Shown one piece after another: positions 59,071-64,000 of a stretch of DNA of 64,000 bases; position 1 is the first letter of the stretch; each line of letters opens with the position of its first letter. The DNA lies in contig JAQWRY010000088.1 of NCBI GenBank assembly GCA_029243485.1, positions 27,221 to 91,220 of the forward strand. Reading direction: 5' to 3'. The position numbers and the translations under genes are program-made. The stretch comes from Candidatus Binatia bacterium (GTDB taxonomy: Bacteria > Desulfobacterota > Binatia > UBA12015). The notes beneath the pieces were generated by a model, which saw only the letters and a program-made list of their open reading frames with translations, searched no databases and was not told the DNA's origin.

Positions 59071-60811
59071 TTGTTCTCGAGATTGACCGAAGGCGTGCGT
59101 GGTTTTCGGGCCGCCTGGGCCCGAGCCCCGGAGGATTCGGACGCGGGCGAGGTCGCCCACGAGGGGCAGCTCCGAGACAGCGAGGAACTGCACCGAATCG
59201 TCTCGGAGTTGGGCTACGAGTTCAGCTTTCGTGCTCGCGTGAAGGGCGACGAGATGGACTTCTACACGCCGGACCCCAAGACGCTCGAGCGTCTTCTGGG
59301 ACCCGGTGTCGGAGCCGGCCTGGACTGGTCGGGAATCATCGACCCGCGCGATGCCGGGAAGGTGGAAGAGTCGATCCAAGTGCTCCTGCGCGATGGCATC
59401 TGTCGAACCGAGTTCCGTACCCGAGCCGGAGCCGATGACGTGCGCTGGCGCGAGATGGTCGAGCGGTGCACTCGCGACCCCGAGTCCGGGGAGCGGACGA
59501 TCTACGGCGCCGTTCGCGACGTGACCGTGGCGCGAGAGGCGGACGTTCATCTGAAGGAGAGCGAGGGGCGGCTCCGCGCGATCCTCGATTCCGAGCCGGA
59601 GTGCGTGATGACCGTCGACGAAGAGCACCGGCTTCTCCACATGAACCCGGCGGGGCTGCGGATGATCGAGGCCGACTCGTTCGATGAAGTCTCCAAGGCG
59701 GACTTGCTGAAGATCGTCGAGCCGGAGTATCGCGAGGTGTTTCGCGACTTGAACCGTCGGGCTTTCGCCGGCGAGACCGTCACGGCCGAATTCCAGATCC
59801 GTGGGCTCAAGGGGACGCGTAGGTGGATGGAGACCCACGCCGTGCCCCTCCGGAACGCGACCGGCAAGGTGATCGCACAGCTCTCGATCACGCGCGACAT
59901 GGGCGAGCAGCGACGAATTCAGGAGGGCCTGCTCCGTGCGCAGCGCCGCGAGGCGTTGGGCGTCATGGCAGGCGGTATCGCGCACGATTTCAACAACATG
60001 CTGTACGTCATCCTCGGTCGGGCGGAGTTGGCGCTGCGGCGGCCGGGCATCGGCGACGATGTGAAGCGCGATCTCACCGAGCTCGAATCTGCAGCGCGGC
60101 GTGCGGCCGCCATCACGCAGCAGATCCTCACGTTCAGCCGTGGGCCGACGGGCGAGGAGCAGAGCGTCGATCTCTCGGGTGTCGTGGCCGACGCCGTTCA
60201 ACTCCTGCGGGCGACGGTTCCGGCGACGCGCTCTCGAGCCGTACTTCACGACGAAGGCGGCCGGGGAGGGCAGCGGCCTCGGGCTGGCCGTCGTCGACGG
60301 CATCGTCCGAAGAGCGCGGGGCGCGGTTTCGGTTCACAGCGAGCTGGGCAGCGGGACGACGGTGGAGGTCCTGTTGCCCGAGCATCTCGGTGATGCTCCG
60401 CGTCCGAATGATGCTACCTCGGTCCTGCCGCGTGGCCACGAGAAGATTCTCCTGATCGACGACGAGCCCCTCGTAGGCCGGACGGCTCAAGGTCTGCTCG
60501 AAGCCCTGGGTTACGCAGTCGAGTCGACGACCCGCAGCGGCGAGGCGCTTGCGAGCGTTCGGGAGGATCCGACCCAGTTTGATCTAGTCGTGACGGATCA
60601 GACCATGCCCGAGATGACCGGGGACACCCTGGCGCGAGAGATCCTGCGGATCCGCGCAGACATGCCGATCACCCTGTGTAGCGGGCATGCCGACGGGGCG
60701 GTCGCACAGCGCGCGATCGACCACGGGATCCGGGAGTACCTGACGAAGCCCGTAGAGTTGGTGCAGTTGGCCGAGAGCGTCCGGCGCGTGCTCGACAACG
60801 GCACCGGCTAG
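59071..60811 (+). pseudogene. hybrid sensor histidine kinase/response regulator (PAS-PAS-HisKA … HATPase_c(partial)-REC), disrupted by a deletion and frameshift
   Basis: Frame 1 has PAS repeats and the H-box GIAHDFNNML. After ~60210-60235 the F/G2 boxes (EPYFTTKAAGEGSGLGLAVV) and a complete receiver (KILLIDDEP…DLVVTDQTMPEMTG…KPV) continue in frame 2. The N and G1 boxes are missing. Confidence 0.5.
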
Positions 60812-60815
60812 GCCG

Positions 60816-61994
60816 CTAGGGCCGCAGGGCGTTCAGCTCGCTTGCGTTGTCGCGCATGATTCGCTGGCGCGCGGCATCGTCGAAGGCTGAGAGCTCGGAC
60901 GCGTAGTCGAGAGGCTGCGGCATGCCCTCGATATGCGGCCAGTCTGAGCCAAAGATCACGCGCTCGGCGCCCATCAACGCCACGACCTCGTTCACGTCGT
61001 CTTCCCAGAAGGGATTCATCCAGACGTGTTCTTTGAAGCTCTCGGCGGGGTCGACCTTGTAGTAGCCCGGCGTGCGTCTCGCGCTCGAGCGCAGCTTGTT
61101 GAAGAGATCGCGCAAGAACTCCGAGCCGTTCTCGACCGAGGCGATTCGCAGGTTGGGAAAGCGTTCGAAGAGCTTTCCGAACGCGAGTGTGATGAGGAAG
61201 TCGTACGCGGCACGCTCGATGTTGAACGCCTTGATCGAGGGCTGCCATCCACCGTCGAACTTCGCGCCGAAGCCGTCGTTCGCATACCCGTGCGTCGTAT
61301 ACCCGCTATCGCCGGCGTGGACGACGACGGTGATTCCCGCTTCGTCCGCGCGCGCCCAGAACGGGTCGAACATCGGGTCGGTCGGGGCTTTCGGGCCGGT
61401 TTCCGTCCAGATGGCGGCGGGTCGCATGCAGACGACCCGCGCGCCGCGCTCGATCGCCCACTCCAATTCGGCCACGGCGTCCTCGACCTTGCCGAGTGCC
61501 ATGTATGGCGCGGCGAAGATGCGGTCCTTGTAGGCGAAGCCCCAGTCCTCCTCGAGCCACCGATTGAACGCGCGGAACGTAATCTGGACGCCCTCGGGGT
61601 CTTCCTTGAGGAGTTCTTCGTACAGGACGCCGAGGGTCGGGAAGAGCCAGATGGCTTCGAGGTTCTGTTGGTCCATGACCTCGATTCGCGCGTCGCGGTT
61701 GCGATACTCGGGGCGGATCGGCTCGCGGTCGCGCAGGAACTCGATCGGGCTCTTTTGGTCCGGGTTTCCCCGGAAGTAGTCGTGCAACGCACCTGCGCGA
61801 GCAATCGGATCGAACGTCGGGTTCACGACGGCCCGGCTGACCTTTCCGCCGACGACGTGGTAACGCCGCCCGTCGATCTCCGCCCACTGGACCGTCCGCG
61901 GCCCCACCTTCGGCGGAAGATGACGGGTGAAGGCGTCGAGGGCCTCGTAGTAGTGATTGTCTGCGTCGAAGACGGGAAGGTTCGCGTTGCTCAT
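60816..61994 (-). CDS. amidohydrolase-2 family metal-dependent hydrolase (ACMSD-like, PF04909)
   Basis: 392 aa from MSNANLPVFDADNHYYE. GGGGA RBS. Confidence 0.8.
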   Translation of the reverse strand: MSNANLPVFDADNHYYEALDAFTRHLPPKVGPRTVQWAEIDGRRYHVVGGKVSRAVVNPTFDPIARAGALHDYFRGNPDQKSPIEFLRDREPIRPEYRNRDARIEVMDQQNLEAIWLFPTLGVLYEELLKEDPEGVQITFRAFNRWLEEDWGFAYKDRIFAAPYMALGKVEDAVAELEWAIERGARVVCMRPAAIWTETGPKAPTDPMFDPFWARADEAGITVVVHAGDSGYTTHGYANDGFGAKFDGGWQPSIKAFNIERAAYDFLITLAFGKLFERFPNLRIASVENGSEFLRDLFNKLRSSARRTPGYYKVDPAESFKEHVWMNPFWEDDVNEVVALMGAERVIFGSDWPHIEGMPQPLDYASELSAFDDAARQRIMRDNASELNALRP

Positions 61995-62066
61995 GACGTT
62001 TCCCCTAGCGCAGGCGCACGCCGATTTCCTATTTAATATTCCCATCCGAGATCTGGCGCGATAGGA

Positions 62067-63254
62067 ATGGATCCCATGAGCTACGCCGGAGATCGATTCT
62101 GCTGGGACGCCGACAGCCACCTCATGCCGGACGCGGATTTTCTCGCGAAGCACGCCGATCCGGCCTTTCGCGACGAGATGTGGATTCTCGGCGGAAAGAA
62201 CGGCGGCGAGAAGTTCGAGAAGCAGTTCGGACGGATGCTCGAGAACGTGCGCGCGCGCCTGGCGGACCCCGAGAAGACCGCTGAACTCGAAACCCGGGTG
62301 ATCTCGACCGCAAAGGGCTGGGACGCACACGGGGCGGTCGACCCGGGAGAGCGGTCCCGGACCTTGGATCTTCTCGGATTCCAGGGGCAGCTCATCTTCT
62401 CGACGTTCGCCGGCCGCTACCGCTTCGCGCGCGAACCGGAGTTGATGTACGCGGGCGCCCGAGCGCATACGCGCGCGATGGCGGCGTTCTGTGAAGCGGA
62501 CGAGCGCATGATGGCGGTCACGATGATCCCACTCGACGATCCGCAGCGTGCGCTCGTCGAGTTGAAGGAGGCACTGAGTCTCGGCGTGGGCGCCGTGCAG
62601 GTGCCGTCAGATGCGCCGGGCGGCGTAAACGAGGGGTTCTCTCCCGCGCACGTCGATCTCGAACCGTTCTGGGCGTGTCTCGCCGAAGCGCGGGTGCCGT
62701 TGGTGCTCCACGTTGGAGGCGGCCACCTGGCGCCGCGGGCGTACCATGAGAACGGGCGACCGCGGCCGAGCGATTGGCTCGGCGGTGGAGAGAACCTGCG
62801 CGGGAAGGACTACCCGTCGCTGCATCATTCCCCGGCGAACTTCCTCACTGCGCTCGTGCTCGACGGGGTCTTCGAGCGCCACCCGGAGCTGCGCTGCGGC
62901 GTGATCGAGCTCGGTGCTTCGTGGGTACCGTCCCTCCTGGTGAATTTGGATCACGCGCAGAAGTCCTTCAGCCGCAGCGAGCCGCTGCTGAAGGATCTTC
63001 CGATGAAGCCGTCCGACTATCTACGGCGTCAGGTGCGCTTTACACCGTTCCCGTTCGAGGACGTCGGGTGGCTGGTGCAACACTGCGGGGAAGAGCTCTT
63101 CCTCTTCTCATCCGACTACCCACACCCCGAAGGCGGTCGCGACCCGATCAAGAAGTTCGAAACGTCCTTCGAAGAGGCCGGCACCCAGGCGACCGCCCGC
63201 GAGCGGTTCTACCGCACCAACTTCGAAGAGCTCATGCGCATCGGCGGCGCCTGA
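62067..63254 (+). CDS. amidohydrolase-2 family metal-dependent hydrolase (paralogue, divergently transcribed)
   Basis: …FCWDADSHLMP…, HVGGGH and …SSDYPHPEGG. Confidence 0.75.
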   Translation: MDPMSYAGDRFCWDADSHLMPDADFLAKHADPAFRDEMWILGGKNGGEKFEKQFGRMLENVRARLADPEKTAELETRVISTAKGWDAHGAVDPGERSRTLDLLGFQGQLIFSTFAGRYRFAREPELMYAGARAHTRAMAAFCEADERMMAVTMIPLDDPQRALVELKEALSLGVGAVQVPSDAPGGVNEGFSPAHVDLEPFWACLAEARVPLVLHVGGGHLAPRAYHENGRPRPSDWLGGGENLRGKDYPSLHHSPANFLTALVLDGVFERHPELRCGVIELGASWVPSLLVNLDHAQKSFSRSEPLLKDLPMKPSDYLRRQVRFTPFPFEDVGWLVQHCGEELFLFSSDYPHPEGGRDPIKKFETSFEEAGTQATARERFYRTNFEELMRIGGA

Positions 63255-63358
63255 CAGGGGCACACTCAAGCTCGTCCCACGCGGTCTCGCGCACCGGCTT
63301 CCCCTCGCTATCGGCCCGGGCGGCGCATCCGGTTGGCGGCTCTGCTAGCCTCCGCGCC

Positions 63359-64000
63359 ATGCCGAGCCCCTACAAAGCAGCATTTTTCGATTTCGGCGGG
63401 ACACTCTACAGCTACCGGAACAAGGGATTGGGGCTGCGGGACGTTCTGACGGCTCTTGTGCAGGAACTCGGTGCCACGCCGGACGCAGGTAGCGTCCGCG
63501 ATGCGTTCCGGGCGGCCAGTCGAGACGCCTACGCAGCGCACCTGCCTCGGGACTTCTACCTGCACCGCGATCTCTTCGAGGATACGTACCGCCGCTTCGC
63601 CGTCACGATCACCGGTGACGAGCCCGGGCCGGAGCTTCTGCGTTGGTGTCACGAGCAGCAGTGCGCCCGCGTCATCGCCAACTTCGAGTTGCGCGCGGAT
63701 TGCCTCGAGACGCTCCGCGCGCTTCGGGCCGCTGGCCTTCACGTCGCCATCGTCTCGAACATCGACGACGACTACCTACACCCCATGATCGACCGGGCCG
63801 CCCTTCACGAGGTTCTGGATGCGTGGACCAGCTCGGAAGAGGCCGGTTCGTGTAAGCCGCACGATGCGATCTTCCGCACGGCGCTCGGCAAGGCGGGATG
63901 TGGACCGACGGAAGCGCTCTTCGTCGGAGATGCGCTCGAAGCCGACGTCGCCGGAGCAAATCCCCTCGGCATGACGAGCGTCTATCTCCGCGCGGATGGC
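63359..64000 (+). CDS. HAD-superfamily hydrolase (3' end beyond the window)
   Basis: FFDFGGTL (motif I), SCKPHDAIF (motif III Lys) and FVGDALEADVAGA (motif IV). No stop before the window edge. Confidence 0.65.
   Translation, partial: MPSPYKAAFFDFGGTLYSYRNKGLGLRDVLTALVQELGATPDAGSVRDAFRAASRDAYAAHLPRDFYLHRDLFEDTYRRFAVTITGDEPGPELLRWCHEQQCARVIANFELRADCLETLRALRAAGLHVAIVSNIDDDYLHPMIDRAALHEVLDAWTSSEEAGSCKPHDAIFRTALGKAGCGPTEALFVGDALEADVAGANPLGMTSVYLRADG

Noticed and set aside
1-64000. Searched for tRNA/rRNA genes, CRISPR repeats, integrases, transposases, toxin-antitoxin or defence-system ATPase/nuclease signatures.
   Set aside because: None seen. Intergenic regions are short and lack regular repeat–spacer structure. 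No protein with a recombinase, nuclease or STAND/AAA defence-like motif was found.

Overview
This 64-kb window is very GC-rich, gene-dense chromosomal DNA with about 55 genes. I found no rRNA, tRNA, CRISPR array, integrase or transposase. The source is most likely a diderm (Gram-negative) bacterium: it has lipobox lipoproteins, two TonB-dependent receptor genes, and a Myxococcus-type Cys-rich repeat. The gene content, however, looks actinobacterial: FadD-like ligases, an SCP2-thiolase with DUF35, WS/DGAT, an Fno-like reductase and a Ddn-like DUF385 protein.

Most genes are housekeeping or lipid and CoA metabolism:
- malic enzyme
- a ligase / enoyl-CoA hydratase / DECR-like SDR operon
- a FadD / SCP2-thiolase / DUF35 operon
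- a tandem family-III CoA-transferase
- five further SDRs
- purC, class-II purE and fno translationally coupled
- fructose-1,6-bisphosphatase, nitronate monooxygenase, WS/DGAT, and a secreted M4 protease

The unusual items are these:
1. A deiodinase-like thioredoxin-fold gene is split by an in-frame TGA exactly at the FGS-x-T-U-PPF selenocysteine position, making it a probable bacterial selenoprotein.
2. A 996-aa secreted papain-like protein carries a Ser in place of the catalytic Cys and has two C-terminal CxxCH motifs.
3. A secreted protein is built from a tandemly duplicated ~100-aa domain plus a Myxococcus-type Cys-rich module. A perfect AT-rich palindrome sits in front of it, and a related motif recurs at a divergent amidohydrolase pair.
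4. A co-directional DUF3604 / nucleoside hydrolase / PhyH dioxygenase / GST / Cys-less thiolase cluster has no obvious functional logic.
5. There is a striking density of decayed genes: a TonB-dependent receptor C-terminal remnant, an epoxide hydrolase with an in-frame deletion of its nucleophile, an ABC transporter remnant, an acyl-CoA dehydrogenase remnant, frameshifted MerR and TetR regulators, and a hybrid histidine kinase missing its N/G1 boxes.

Coordinates of start codons are from ORF-frame arithmetic. Many long Arg-rich ORFs in the six-frame track are GC-frame artefacts and are ignored.
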